A stretch of DNA of 64,000 bases from Felis catus (taxonomy: Eukaryota), in contig NC_058368.1 in NCBI RefSeq assembly GCF_018350175.1, forward strand, positions 11,408,001 through 11,472,000, read 5' to 3'. Within the stretch, counting starts at the first letter, position 1. Each line of letters begins with the position of its first letter. The notes beneath the pieces were generated by a model. It searched no databases. It was not told where the DNA came from and worked only from the letters and a program-made list of their open reading frames with translations. Position numbers and translations under genes: made by a program. Shown one piece after another: positions 1 to 15,995 of the stretch.

Positions 1-304
1 TCTGTTCCGTTGTTCATGTATAGAGTCAGATTTTATTCTCATAAAAAGTAATTGTGAGTTCTGATATTGGAGTGTCAGCTCACCAGTGTTTTTACTACTT
101 ACTAGTTAACTAGTTAAGACAAAGAATCACGTAGATATACTACAAGAAGATAAGAAAACAATTCCTGGAATAACCTAACATTCTTTCCCAAAGAACCTAA
201 GAAACTAACATTCTTTCCCAAGGACATATGTTCTCGTACATCTTGCCCTCTCAGTATTCCTAGGGGTGGGTAAGATTGTGCAATTTATTAGCCACATGGG
301 TCCA

Positions 305-485
305 GAAAACTTAATGTCTCTGGGCCTCAGTTCCCTTACCTGTAAAACTGTTATAATAAATAAAAATGAAGTATATCTATCTAATAAAAAAAGAAAAATT
401 GTTATAATTATAAAATCTATCTTACATATTTATTGAGAGGATTAAATGTAAAAATGTACGTAATAAATATTCAGTAAATGGTTGC
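305..485 (+). mobile_element. MIR remnant
   Basis: ctctgggcctcagttcccttacctgtaaaa...gagaggattaaatg core. Confidence 0.65.
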
Positions 486-1246
486 AGTGGAAGGAGGTCA
501 TTAATATTATTTCCATTTCTTTGATGAAGAAATTCTAGCATCTGTGCTAGAGAAATCTGAAATGGAGTCCAAGTGTTCTGTCTCTCAGCACAGAATGCCG
601 CAAAGTTTACCTTCCTAACTTTGGATTTCCCTGGAGGATGATGTCTAAGAGCACAAATTATCCCACCGGAAGACTGCAGAATATTGCAAGGTGTTCAGGC
701 ATCGAACAGACAGACTATACACAAAATACCTAGCCACAGGCTAGCTCTTCTAATTTGTCTGTCTTGACATAGCAGTTCAGAAGTTATTTCCCAAAGAACA
801 CAAATAATTAGTTGAGAACTGGAGATCGTGGGGATGGGTGAAAGATGAAAATGTCTTCTGTGAAGGACTCGATTTTATCTTCATCCCCACTGCCTGTAGT
901 AAAGTGCTTTGAATGTGATCACCACTTGTAATACATTGTTTGTTTAACTGTTTAGAGGGGGATTTTCAACATCAGGGTTTCCAGAACAGTAAATCAGAAT
1001 CAAGTCAACAGACATGCATTGAGCCCAAATTATATACATAACACTGGGATAAAGACCAGTAACACAAAGTACAGGCCAACACCTAGTTCCAGTTCCCCAC
1101 GTGACTAAGAAACGGAAAGGCCAGGGGGCGGTTGATGTCAGAAGCAAAATGAGAAAAGAACATGGTTTAGGACTAAATGCATGTATTTGGTGATAAACTT
1201 GGTGTCGATAATAGTGAATTTCAAATGCCAACCTTTATCTCCATAG

Positions 1247-1304
1247 AGAGTTGGTGGAAGAACTCCATCCATTAATGAAAGAAGCCCTGGAACGAAGACC
1301 AGAG
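1247..1304 (+). CDS. FRY: FRY exon 1 of window: (R)ELVEELHPLMKEALERRPE
   Basis: ccatag acceptor, GAG|gtaata donor; 58 nt, phase 2-0. Confidence 0.92.
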
Positions 1305-2099
1305 GTAATATTTTTAATTTAAATACTTCATACCTCCGTTCATGTGGTCGTTATAAATTTAGATCGTACTTAATGGTTTCCCCTAAAAAAAAAAAAAAAA
1401 AAAAACAAACACCCAGCCTGCCTTTAATAGTGAATCTTAATATTTTAACTTCTGTTATTTTTATTATTGTTCAGTATTTGAATATTTAGCATAATACGGT
1501 TCCTCTGTTAAAAGATTCTGTGTTCTAAACTCATGAAGGCAAACAATCTAAATGGTCACGTGCATCTTAAAATACTACATTCTTTTGTAGGAGGTTTGAG
1601 ATGACTGAATGTTTTTGTTGGTTTGCTTATTTTTTATGAGGAGTTGAATGGTCAAGAATATTATTTGTTTGATCTGGCATAGGAAGGATTTTCTTCAAAA
1701 TTATCTTTCCTGAAGTGAACTCTGGAAAGGACAAATTTATACACAGCAGGATAAAAAAAAAAAAAAGAAGAAGAAGAAGATGGAAAAAGAAGCTTCCCAT
1801 ATAGTAGATAAGATACAAGAAGTAGCAAAAATTTTAGCAGTGTGACTTAGAATGACCAGAATTGGTGGGATTCTTCGTGTCCACTAGCCCTTTCTTGTTT
1901 CCATGCCTCTGTCTTTCCATAGATGCCAGAAGCATCTAGGAACTGAGGCTGGTTAGTTCTCAACATTGCCACCTTATAAATATTTACTGACCCACTTAGG
2001 ATCTGTTTCTTTTATAGCCTATAATAGCAAGATTTTCTCTAAGGATCTGGAAGAAAGAAAAACACCCTTGTCTTTTGTGTTTAGAAAATTGAAAACCCA

Positions 2100-2292
2100 G
2101 GGGCACCTGGGTGGCTCAGTCAGTTAAGCATCTGACTTCGACTCAGGTCATGATTTCAGTTTGTGGGTTCAAGCCCACATCGGGGTCTGTGCCAACAGCT
2201 CAGAGCCTGGAGCCTGCTTTGGATACTGTGTCTGCCTCTCTCTCTGCGCCTCCCCAGCTTGTACCCTCTTTCTCTCTCAAAAATATGAAAAA
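2100..2292 (+). mobile_element. Carnivore tRNA-derived SINE (SINEC/Can-SINE)
   Basis: ggggcacctgggtggctcagtcagttaag head, CT-rich body, A-rich tail. Confidence 0.9.
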
Positions 2293-2363
2293 TCATGTCT
2301 AGATTATGCCTTTCTTTAATACAGTTTCTCAAAGCAAAGTTATTGTTTTGCCTACGTTCATAA

Positions 2364-2480
<117 letters not shown>

Positions 2481-2711
2481 TAAAGTTAAGAGTCTAATGA
2501 GTTGATCTCTCCTCACCAAACTGGTCTTTTTGTCTTTTTTTTCTTTCTGTCTTTCTTTCTTTTGTTTTTTTTTAATATGTTACCTTTAACTTTTACTCAG
2601 AAACGTCCAAAAAAGCGTATTGTTGTTTTTGTGCATATTCGATTTATACTGCCCGTAGGTCAAGAACAAATTTAGTGTGTGAGTTCTGACAGTGAATCTT
2701 ATTTTCCATGA

Positions 2712-3221
<510 letters not shown>

Positions 3222-3511
3222 TAATTCATAGGAAGGAAATAATTCAGGGGGAGCATTCACAAGGGCTTCATTTCTTCTTCTTATTGTGCTAACCTGTGAA
3301 CATGTGATCCGTCTCCACAGTATGCCTTCTCTTCACTCTCCGATCAACACATTCTATACAGATAATAAATTAGATTATTGAGAGGTTTTTGCACAGAGCA
3401 AACTGTGGGTATGGGTATGAAAACTTTTCATCTAATAAAAGCATGGAGAATAAAAATAGCTGGCCAGTTTGGTGTAAAAATTAATTGCTGTAATTAAAAG
3501 TTGTGACATAT

Positions 3512-3730
3512 GGAGCGCCTGGGTGGCTCAGTCAGTTAAGCGACCGACTTTCGATTTTGGCTCCGGTCATGATCTCGTGGTTTGTGAGTTCGAGCCCCAC
3601 ATTGGGCTCTTCTCTGACAGTGCAGAGTCTGCTTGGGATTCTCTCTCTCCCTTTCTCTCTGCCCCTCCCCTGCTTGCATGCACTGTCTCTCTCTCTCTCT
3701 CTCTCGAAATGAATAAACTTAAAAAAAAAA
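3512..3730 (+). mobile_element. SINEC
   Basis: Typical head, (CT)n and A tail; TSD aaaagtt(g/t)tgacata. Confidence 0.9.
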
Positions 3731-4157
3731 AGTTTTGACATAATTACAAAAAGCCACAATTCAACTGTTTCTACCTTTTCATTGTTTTGAGATTGTAAAA
3801 CCTTTTTCTTGCCAATGTTCCTCATCTTAGATGACCCTAAATTAAGATTTCAGTTTACTTCTTCTGTTAAAATATGTTTGTTTAAAATAGACAGTATATA
3901 CATTGTATTTCACAGGCAGCAGCAGTTGAGAGGATGTTTGATATGTAATCAGTAACTGAGTGGAGGGGGTTGCAGTTTTGCTAGACATTGATTAGAAAGC
4001 CGGGTCTGTGAGTCCACTTTTTTCCTCTGCTTCCCGCTCTGGACAAGGTGCCATTGACTGCAGCGTGAGGAACAGGAAGACCACACATGTAGAGAGAAAA
4101 TGAGGCTTGACTTCTTAAATCCATGTTTCATTACAGAAGACTCGAGTTAGGAAATGA

Positions 4158-4660
<503 letters not shown>

Positions 4661-5571
4661 AAAGGTAGGGCACCTTTGTCTCAGTGGATGACTTACGTTG
4701 GCTCAATGGTCTCTTTCCCCATAGATAGATGGCTGTGTATAAATATGTAAATACTCCAGTTGGTTTCTCAACTGGGTTGAGGTTTGGGTTTCAAAATACA
4801 AAACTTGTCCCAGCTCTTACTTTTATCTAGTGTATGAGAACCATACGGATTTGCTTATTTACCCTGTTAGTAGCTGCCTTGTCCATTAACATACAACCTA
4901 AAAAAGATATATATGTTACCTAAAGTTCAGAACCAACCAAGAGCCACATTCCCTTTTTAGTCTTCCATTTTAAAACACTTCCAAAAATAAATTTCCACAC
5001 TACTAACTATTCCAAAACTTCAGAAGCATGATTCCTTGCAGCCTAAATACCTTTAGAAAACTGTTTCAATTCTGTCATATATATGGAAGTTTGATGACGT
5101 ACCAGTTGACTTTTGCCTCAATGGAGCTAGCTGATTTAAACCATGGCCCTCATAGTCATTTGGACTTGGTAATTACAAAGTTAATCATTCTTACATTCCC
5201 TTGCTTCCTCTCCTCCTCAGAGTAGCTAAATTTATATTCTTAATTTTTTTCCTTTGATTAAGAATCATGTTATTTATTTCCACATTTTTCATAGTTTGTC
5301 AGTTTAGTACATTGGTTAAATATTTGTCATCAAAGCAAAATTTGAAAAGCTGTATTTACCTTATAAGCAGAATTTATTCACTTGAAATCACGGAAGGTAA
5401 GTATAAATACTGTGAAATGGCCATTTTGTTTTGAGTATCTTACTCTTTTGTTGTAAAGATTTGTTTAATCATAAAATTATATGTCCGTGGAGTTAAATTT
5501 ATGGCTTTTAATTCTTATTTAAAATTCTTATTTAAAAATTCTTATTTAAAAAAAAATTTAATTCTTATTAA

Positions 5572-5910
<339 letters not shown>

Positions 5911-6039
5911 TGATCAGGTTACTAGAGTGTAGAAGCATTGTTCACAGCACAATCTCTGCATGTATCAGCCACAGAAGTATAGGTTTTTGTGTTATTCATA
6001 TTACACTATGATGCATCAGAATTAAAAAAAAAAAAGTAT

Positions 6040-8700
6040 TCACCAAAGTTGACTATAAACTGGGCCCTAAAACAAGTTTCTGTGAAGTTCATAGGATTGA
6101 AATGACACAGACTATTTCTCTAATCACAGTGATAATAAGCTAGTAATCAATAATAAAAATATAATTAAAAAACACCCTTCCAGATAACCAGTGAGTCAAA
6201 GAACAAATTACAATAGAAACTAAAAAATATCTTTAACTGAAGAATAACAAAAATAATATATACTAAACTTGTGGGCTGTAAATAAAGCTGTGCTTAGAAT
6301 GAAATGTATAGCCTTAAGTATATATTTGACAAAGAAAAAAAAAGGCTGATAACCAATGACCTAAGCATCCATCTAAAGACGTTATAAAAAGAATAGCATA
6401 TTAAACTGAAAACAAGTACAATGAAGAGAATAATAGAGATGAAAGCACAAACTAATGAAAGAGAAAAAATAGAAATGATAATTTCAGCCAAAAGTTGAAT
6501 TTATTACGACTAATAAAATTAATTCCTGACAAGTCTGATCAAGAAAGAGAGAAGGCACATGTCTCACTAACATCAGAAATATTAAGGGGACATCCCTACA
6601 AATGGTAGATGTTGAAAATAAAAGAGAATATATGAACATTTTGTGCCAATAAACCTGAAAATTTAAATAAAATAGACAAATTCCAAAAAAAACACAACCC
6701 TAGAAGAAAAGAAAAATCTGAATAGTCATTTAAGTAATAAACATGAGCAAGAAATTTTGGTAGCGTCTCTCAACAAGCAGACCGAAACACACCTAAGATC
6801 TAACTTCCTTTGATTTTGTTCTGGTTTCTTTTTAATATTTTTATTTTTTATTTTATTTTATTTATTATTTTTCTTCCTCAAAAATGAAAAGATGAAGGAA
6901 TTCAGCCTAAAAGTAAGAACAGGAAGAAATGATGGCCAGGGATTTAATCAACACAGATAAAATTAAGATGTCTGAACTAGAATTTAAAACCACAATTATA
7001 ATAATACTAGCTGGGGTTGAAAAAAAGCATAGAAGACACCAGAGAATCCCTTTCTGCGGAGATAAAAGAATTAAAATGTAATCAGGCCGAAATTAAAAAT
7101 GCTACAACCAACATACAATCTCGAATAGATGCCATGATGGTTAGGATGGATGAAGCAGAGCAGCAAATCAATGATATAGAATTTATAAGTAATAAAGAAA
7201 TTTTATCTGTAATTCAAAGTCTTCTCACAAGGAAAACTTTGGATAGCTTTACTGATGAATTTAACATTTAAGGAACAAATTGCGTTGATTATATACAAAA
7301 TCCTTAGAGAGAAAACAGCTCAAGAGGAAATATTTTATGAGACCAGCATAACCTTGATACCAAAACCTGCCAGGGATTTAACAGGATAAAAAAAATTAAC
7401 AGGCAATTTTATTCAGGAGTATAGATACAAAAATGTAAACAAAATATAAGAAAATCAAATTTAGTGATATATAAAAAGATGATTCATCATGATCAAATTG
7501 GCATTTTTTAAGAACTGCAAGATTGGTTCAATATTCAAATATCCATCAACTCCTTAGTATGTTAATTATATTAATAGAGTCTCAAGAAGGAAATACACAA
7601 ACATCTCAATAGAAGCAGAAAAAGCATTTAATAAAATTCTACATTTATTTATGAGAGAAACTCCTATCAAAATTAAGAATAAAAAGAACATTCTTAGTTT
7701 GATAAAGGGTGTCTGAGAAAAATCTATAATAAAAATCATACCGTATAGTGAATATTGAAAGTATTCTCTGAGATTAGAATGCTCAGAACAGGCTGCTGTG
7801 AACAGGCTAGCCACAGAGTGAAAGATGGTTGCAACATAAAACCAACACTTCTTATCTGGAGTATATTAAAGATCCCTACAGATAATTAGATAAAGACATT
7901 CATAGAAAAATAAGCAAGTGACTTAAAGAAATTTACAAAAGAGGCTATTTGGCCAATAAACATAAGAAAAGTTTCTCAAGCTCATTAGTAATTAGAGAGA
8001 TGCAAACTAACCACAGGAGATGCTACCTCAAATCCACCAGAATGGTGAAAACTAAAAAGATTGACAATGTTGATGAGGAAATAGAACAACAGGAACTCTC
8101 ACACAATGCTACAGAGAGTAGAAATCCACACAACCACCTCGGAAACCTGATTGTCATTATATACTAAAGTTGAACATAGTATGCCCTAAAACCCAGCAGT
8201 TTTACTCAAATATATATTTTATAAAATAAGTTTCCAGTACGTGCAACATATGACATGTACAAAATTATTCAAAGCAGTATTATGAAGGCAAAAGCTGGAA
8301 ACAACCCAGATGTCTGTCAATATAGAATGAATACATTGTGAAGTAAAGATATATTAGAATGTAACAGTGAAAATGAGTGAATATAGATGCTTCTCAAACA
8401 TGAGTTGTGTTCAAGAAAACACACAAAATTATAGGCAATATAACTCCATTTGCATAGAGTTCAAAACAGCCCAAACTAACCAACAGTTGTTGAAGTCAGA
8501 ATAGTGGTTACTTTGGAAAAGAAGAGAGAGGCTAGTGATTAGGACAATGCATAAGGCAGGCTTCCGTGGTGCAGGAAATCAATCTGGTGTTCTACTTCCT
8601 GTGTTCACTTTGGTGTGTTCAGTTACAGTAACTCATCATTTACTTATGAATTAATTGTATACTGTGTATCTTATACTTCGATCTAAAGCTCAATTAAAAA
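6040..8700 (+). mobile_element. Old degraded L1 (ORF2 to 3' end), interrupted at about 6742-7185
   Basis: A-rich L1 ORF2-like motifs (ccagcataaccttgataccaaaacctg; atctcaatagaagcagaaaaagcattt; attagagagatgcaaac). Confidence 0.8.
6742..7185 (+). mobile_element. Carnivore L1 5'UTR/ORF1 fragment
   Basis: ORF 7017.. KKSIEDTRESLSAEIKELKCNQAEIKNA...RMDEAEQQINDIE resembles the L1 ORF1p coiled coil; flanked by an 11-bp direct repeat. Confidence 0.8.
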
Positions 8701-9492
8701 CTTGCTGATTTTCTTTCAAGTCGAACCAACTTTTTAATGAAATGGTATTTTTAAGTCCTTTTTAATAGTGTCATTAACTTTTATCTGCTGCTAATTACTT
8801 AAGCCTGTGGGGAACTAGGCTGATGATGTTCAACCATCCAACTAGAATATTACTCCCATCTTAGCCCACACCCTGTGGTTAGGAAAAAAAAAAAAAAAAA
8901 CCCAGAATCTTTTCTTATCCCCCTCGTTGCAACTGGCAAGAGAAGGAAACAGAAGGAAACAGGAAAATGTTACTTTCTTAGGGGAATATGGCCTCCACGC
9001 ACTAGGCTTCTCATGGACAGATGTGACCATCCAGTATTTGACAGTAGCTTCCAGAACCGTCAATAAAGGATCTCATTAATTCTATCTAGTATGATGATTG
9101 TTTCATATGAAAGTCTCTGATTTAGAAGAGTTTATTAATACTACATTTCTTTTTAAAATATTGCCAGCTAAATTTTACATGGTATATTTAGTAATCAAGC
9201 CCCATAAACATATTCTGATTTTTTTCCTCAAAAGACTTGCATGCGTAAAGGCCATCCTTTTGTATATTTAATTTTCAACCAAATACATGTACTTTTCAAA
9301 AATATTTTAAATACAATGAAGAAACATTGCCAACAGTCTTCATTATCTTTTCAGAATTAAAAATCAAGAATGAGTGGACCCTGTCTGATGGATTTACACA
9401 GAGTCAAATTTGGTTTATACATACATTTCAATATTCAGTTGCAACATCGCATCCTCTTAAAGTAAAATATATGGAATAAAAATTAAGATAAA

Positions 9493-9606
9493 GGGACTCC
9501 TGGCTGGTTCAGTCCGTAGAGCGCACAACTCTTGATCTCGGGGTTGTAAGTTTGAGCCCCACGTTGGGTGTAGAGATTACTTAAAAATAAAGTCTTTAAA
9601 AGAAAA
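9493..9606 (+). mobile_element. Short tRNA-like carnivore SINE lacking the CT-rich segment
   Basis: gggactcctggctggttcagtccgtagagc...gagccccacgttgggtgtagagattacttaaaaataaa. Confidence 0.75.
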
Positions 9607-9665
9607 CTAAGGTGAATACACAGCCTCCACTTTCATGTTACCCACTTTATATTGGGTAGGCATGA

Positions 9666-9935
<270 letters not shown>

Positions 9936-12218
9936 TGAAGGTTGTTCTCCATGATGATGAACACGTGAGAGCAGTAAGTTCTAAGGAAATACAAAATGGC
10001 CAATATTTCCCCAGTAGGTAGTCTGCTCTAAATCTGCAGCTACATTGACTTTTCTCATTCTCCAGAAGAGTGATTTGGAGTGGTAGCATCCATCTTTTTA
10101 ATTGCCTGGAAATTCACAGTGAAGCATGAGAACAAAATTTGAAAATGGAAAACAAGATACATTAAAGGAATTTCTAGAAATGTTTGTGACAGATGTGAAC
10201 TATAAGCCCTTCAGCCATCCTGAGACCAAACTAAATCCAGGAAGCAACCTTAAAATGTTATCTCTCTCTTGGCCAGAACTTCAGAAAGGAAGAAAAAAGA
10301 AAATGTGACACCGTGGGTTCCTTAGATTACACTTGTAAAACCACCCTCCTTAGTTATATAAATTAGTCCCTCAGTGAAGTTGTTCAGCGCTGTAATTTAC
10401 TGAGTGAAATAATTTCACTATTTCATTGAAACAATTTCATAGCTAAGATGAAAGGGTTAATGAAGACCACAAAGTGCATAGCTATTCCCAAGGAAGAGCT
10501 TATGTGTTAGAAACTGAGAGATGGCAGCTCAAGTTTATTTTTGAAAAGACTCGTATAGACTATCGACTTCCCTTCTTAATTAAATGTTGCATTTTAAATA
10601 GCTATCTTGAGCTACCAGATGAAGGGAATAAAATTGAATTAGTTTTAAATTCTGACCTAGTACAACCTATTCTGTTCTAAATTAATAAGAACAGAATATT
10701 AGAGACCTCTACTTTCAATAAACCTTAAAATGGACATGCTATTTAAAGAGAGAGGTGTCTCTTTATGTTTTTATCTTTCATTTATAAAGATAGTAGATAA
10801 TATTTCACACCTAAAGCTTTCATTTTCTATAAACTTAGTAGTAGAATGTTTATTATATACTTTAATCTCTATAAAAGTTACAGCAGATGAATTGAATCTA
10901 AGCTGCCTGGTTGGATATCATTTTACTTTGCTCTGTTAACATTATGAAATAATACTTACTCCTATAGAATATTACCAAAACAGCACTTTTTTGCCAAAAA
11001 AAAAAAAATCTTTCTCCAGAGTGTGCTTTTATTTTCAGATATTTTGACATTCTAAAAATAAATTTTTGTTCACATGACTCTTTGATTTTGAAAATATATT
11101 TAGAAAAAAAAAAAGAAAATATATTTAGAATATGACTTGGACCATAGATCCCTTTGACAAAAATGAAAATAATAAGAGTTACCTCTCTTTGCTGCCTTTC
11201 TCCCGGTGAACTGGATTTGAACCATCCTAGTCAAATTTGTTTCATTGTGTGGCCGTCTCATAAAATATTATACTGCATTCCTCTGAATGAGTCTAGGTAT
11301 TTTTCCTTAAGGAACACAAACAAATATCTATGAATTTAGCAGAATAATCTCGATTTCAGTAATACCTCCAGTCACAAAAATATTAGATTGTATAACTCTC
11401 CATTTTAGATTTTTTAAGATCTCCTTCTAAACTATTCTGCTCTCTTAGACAAACTTTGCGTATCAGCTTACATTTATGACACTCATCTATCCTGCAGGGA
11501 GGTTTGAGGACTGGGCAGCTCCATGGCCTCAACCTGTTGGCCAAGAAGGTAGCCAACCCTTGTGCCATTTGTCACCATGGGGCACGTTCAAAATTTAAAA
11601 TTTCAGCTGTGACTTAAATTTGTCCTCTCTCCCCATAAATTCTCAGTCTGCATAGTCTAGATAAGCCTCTAGATTTGTTTGGACATCTTAAGTTTTGCAC
11701 TTAGGTTTTCAGTACTTTTTTTGAAACCAATTCTAATGTTTTAGCTTTTGCTTTGTTTTCTGCAAGTTTGCCTCTAAAAACACTAAATATCATATGTTAT
11801 GAAATAATATGTTCCTGAAAAGTCATACATAAACTGGGTCATATTTTAACCTTCACAAACAAATTACCTGTACAGTAATTCCTACAAGACGTATTCTAAA
11901 GCAAAGAATCTTTCTTGTAAAGAATTACCTCCTCCTTTTCAAATAGAAATGGGCATATGCTGGATTTATTTTTATAGGAATGTGACCGTTTATAAGCAGA
12001 CTCATTTACTAAGGAACAATATACAATTGACTATAAAATACCTAATAACCTGAAAGATTGAACATTTTTAAGAAATGCTCTTGATTAAAATTTTCTTTGG
12101 TTTTAGAAGAGGGAATTAGCCATTTTTGCATAGTTATTATGTCGATCCCTTTATTCATCAGCTGTGATAATGGAAAAATAGTTCTTCACATTATTTCTTT
12201 TCTATCTATAGAGGACTC

Positions 12219-12257
12219 GTGTGTGTGTGTGTGTGTGCACGTGCGCGTGTGTGTGCA
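12219..12257. repeat. (GT)n microsatellite
   Basis: Seen directly. Confidence 0.9.
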
Positions 12258-13896
12258 TGTACATATGTTGTGAACTGGCTGGAATCTATTCAAAACTGAA
12301 ACTGTAACTATAATTTTGATATATCTAGTGATATTGAGAGATTTAGAAGTCAGCATGGATCTTGAATAGGACCAGGAGAAGTGAGGATAAAAGTAGAAAG
12401 TGATGGTAGGCCTGATAATATTAATTCTGAAGAATTTTTTATAAAATATGTTTTATATTTGATTAAAAATTATTAAATGCAGCTCAGTACTATAATTTAG
12501 CACCAAAGAAAAGAGAAAATGCTGTCAGGCAGCATTAATTCAAATAACTATTTGACTGCTGTGTGTGTTCTTATTAATTTCCCCACAACTCCAAATTATA
12601 TCAGTACGGAACAGAGAAAGAAATTGAGAACGAGATTAAATGGCTTTCTAACGTTCTAAATCAAAGTAAATAGTATGCTTTAGATTAAAAGTGGAGGTCA
12701 TTTCCAGTTACTAGCTTAACTCAATGAAATTCTCTTCACTTTTAATTAAATACTGATTGAAGGGTTCTATTGTTTTTACTCTTACCATCCAACGTACTCC
12801 TAAAATAAAGTGTTTTAGAATCATGTAGAAGGTCAAAATTTTAATTTATAAAGAATTTTGTTGGGTTTATTTTTGGAGGTGGTTTTGGTTTCCAATGCTG
12901 TTTGTACATCTATTTTGCCTGTAACTTTTCATCAACCTTTCCTAATTTAAATCAGGCTTGGCGAACTTCAATTATTAAAGGTAAATGTCTCACGTGTCTT
13001 AAGGGAATATCATCTATTACCAAGGAAGACAAGGGAAGCTTATGGGTCATGAATCCCAGTCACGCTCCCTGGCTGGTGATGCAAAAGCTTGTTTGGTTGT
13101 GTCAGCAGCTAGAGTATTTCAAGAGAACAGAGAGTTTAGGAATTTGGACTCAGGAAATGTGCTGTCTTGAGTTTGAATTCTAGCTCTTCCTCCAATCAAG
13201 CTGTGTGCTCCTGAGCAAGTTACTACAAATGCTTACTCATTTGTAAAATGGGAACAATAGGACAGTTGGGGTAAAGATTAAATAAAACCAATCTTTTATT
13301 TTTTTTTAACATGGTAGATGCTAGCCTCAGTTATTGTGACCATGAAAGAAATGCATGCGGTGTGCTTACTGCTGTATTTTAAAACAATGAAAAACAACCT
13401 AAAGACTGTTAATAGGGGAATGAGTAAATAAATTACAGTGTATCTGATCAACTCCTTACACATAGATCTGTATATCTGAGCATAAGAGATGTTTGTGAAG
13501 TTCAAAACCAGTCGCTTGACCTATGGCCTAGCACATAGTAAGCACTCTGTTAACACTCTGATTATTCAATAGCTATTAGAAGCAGAAAGCTATGATATAA
13601 TCCCCTCCACTAACTCATAAAATGTGTTTCTCTCCAGAATACTTCAAAATTATCCGGAACTTTGTCATTTAGTCCTACATAAGCCAGAACTGGTGGCTGG
13701 TTCCCAAATTCTTCAAAATATCCTCTCTTCTAGATTGGGGGGGGGGGGGAACAGTTTTATTTTTTGGTTCACTTTCTGAACAATATCCGCCTTTCATATT
13801 TATTTTACAACTTGATTTTTATTCCAAATGACCACAGCTGTCTTTTTCTTTTACCTTTCCACAACCTTTGTTGAATAATTTAATAGTGAAAGCCTG

Positions 13897-13930
13897 TTTT
13901 AAAGTTTATTTATTTATTTTGAGAGAGAGG

Positions 13931-13970
<40 letters not shown>

Positions 13971-14112
13971 ACGCCTGTGTCAGTAGCAGAAGGGCAGAGA
14001 GTGAGAATCCCAAGCAGGTTCTGCGCTGTCAGCCCGGAGTCCAATATGGGGCTCAATCTACTGAACCATGACATCATAACCTGAGCCGAGATCAAGAGTC
14101 GGACACTTAACC
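13897..14112 (-). mobile_element. SINEC (antisense) with an expanded (GT)n
   Basis: tttatttattttgagagag...(gt)n...gggcagagag...acctgagccgagatcaagagtcggacacttaacc. Confidence 0.87.
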
Positions 14113-14579
14113 AAAATAGCCCTTAAGACCATTTTAAACATTTAAGTACAGATGTTTTATTTGTCCTCCTTCACTCATTTGAGATCTCTCTAATTTTTTC
14201 CATCCCTAGGTTTCTTTCATTTTCTATATGTGTTACTTCTTTCAATGTTGTTTTCCATACGTTCCATAGCTCAGCCCTAAGCAGTTAATTGAATGCCCTG
14301 AGTACATGGTCAAGTGCATAGCCCTGCGTAGGAGGGAGGCTTTCCCTTCCCTTTTCCTGCCTTTAAATCCCCAATGATCCAGCAATATTATCCAGTATTA
14401 TTTTATATAAAGATGCATATATGTTAAATCTTAGTATCAGGGACAGCAATATAGGTAAGACATCTCTGCCACTGTGGGGCTCACAGAGCTTTCTTTCTAG
14501 TTTCATAGCTCCAGATCTTGTAGTTTGTTAGAACTCCAAATGAAATGTGCAATTGGAGGCTGTCTCGGAGGCTGATAGC

Positions 14580-14780
14580 ATTGTGGATAAGTTAATTCTT
14601 TGGAGTCAGACTTATCCAGGATGCAGTCTGGGCCCCACCACTTGTACATGAACTTGGGCAAATGCTTAACTTCTCCAAGCCTCACAGGCTTGTTGTGAAG
14701 ATTAAGTAGCAAAGCTAGGTAAAGGCCTTGGCAGAGTAACCAGCACAGAGCAGGCAGGTCATAACATAAATGTTACTCAT
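14580..14780 (+). mobile_element. MIR remnant
   Basis: ctttggagtcagac...cttgggcaaatgcttaacttctccaagcctc...gtgaagattaa. Confidence 0.65.
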
Positions 14781-14885
14781 CGTTCTTCGTTGTCCTCACC
14801 ACCATCATGTGGGCGGCTTTCCCCAGTTTCTCATCTGACAAACCAACCTCATGCTTTTTGTGTTTATTTAAAAATAACAGTTCTA

Positions 14886-15112
14886 GGGACACCTGGGTGG
14901 CTCAGTCAGTTAAGTATCTGACTCTGCGTTTCGGCTCAGGTCACGATCTCACGGTTCGTGAGGTCGAACCCCACATTGGGCTCTGCACTGACACCAAGGA
15001 ACCTGCTTAGGATTCTCTCCCTCTCTCTCTGTCCCTCCCACACTCATTCTCTCTCTCTTTCTCTCTCAAAATAAAAAATAAATACATAAATAAGATTTTT
15101 AAAATAAATAAA
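14886..15112 (+). mobile_element. SINEC
   Basis: gggacacctgggtggctcag head, CT body, A-rich tail, degenerate TSD ending agttcta. Confidence 0.88.
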
Positions 15113-15995
15113 AATACAAGTTCTAGAAAAGTAATCACTTTGGAGTGCAAATTAGTAAGGCCATTTAGAGGGCAATATGGCAATATCTGCTATCATTTTA
15201 AATGTTCCCTTTGATCCTGCATTACCTCTTCTAGAAATCTGTTCTAAAGAAATACTTGCACATTTGGAGTCTGTGACATTATAACAGCGAAAAAATGAAA
15301 ATAACCTTGAAGTGTCTGTTAATGCGTGTCAAAGGTTGGATTCCTCAGGAAACAGACTCTGAGGTGAAGATGTGAGTGTAGGACATTTATTAGGGAATGC
15401 CCTTGGAATCAACATCTATGGGGAAATGAAGGAAGTAGGCCTGGGCAGAGGAAAAGAGACCTCAGCCAGTCCCACAGGGGCTGCTGCTGGGAATTGGCAC
15501 AAACTTGGCCTAGGCAAACCTCTTTGGCTGAAGGCAGTTCAGCCCGATATCTCAACCTCCAGTGCTAGTTGGAAGATTGAATGCCTCAGTCCTGAAAGGG
15601 GGATCGAGGTGGCAAACCACAGCGTCCACGGCAAGATTGGTTATTGATGGTATGACCATACTACGGAATCCTGGGCAGCTGTTAAGTAGACTGAGATAAG
15701 CCTCATTCACCGAAAAAGTTAATCTCCAAATAATACGCATAGGTAATATAATCACATTTATGTTTAAAATCCTGTGTAATGGGGAGGGGTGCTTAGAGGC
15801 ACATATTTATATGTACACTTAGAAAAGGGTGAGTGGCTCTTACAGTGGGGGAGAGAAAGGAAATGGGCATTTCCACATTTTATTCTATGTACTTAGCAAC
15901 AGCCAGCACCAACTGGCCAGCCCTATGAGTGAACCATCTTCAGAACAGATCTTCTGGCCCCGGGTGTTGCTTGAATCTTAAGAGAAAGTTGTATT

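Noticed and set aside
175..221. Short direct repeats (17 bp here; 13-bp units near 5508-5570; 14 bp near 33149-33176; 11 bp near 46752-46781) as array-like elements
   Set aside because: Two to four copies without unique spacers; these are slippage duplications, not CRISPR-like arrays.
9493..9565. Possible tRNA gene
   Set aside because: It is a degenerate tRNA-derived SINE head followed by an A-rich tail, with no intact cloverleaf.
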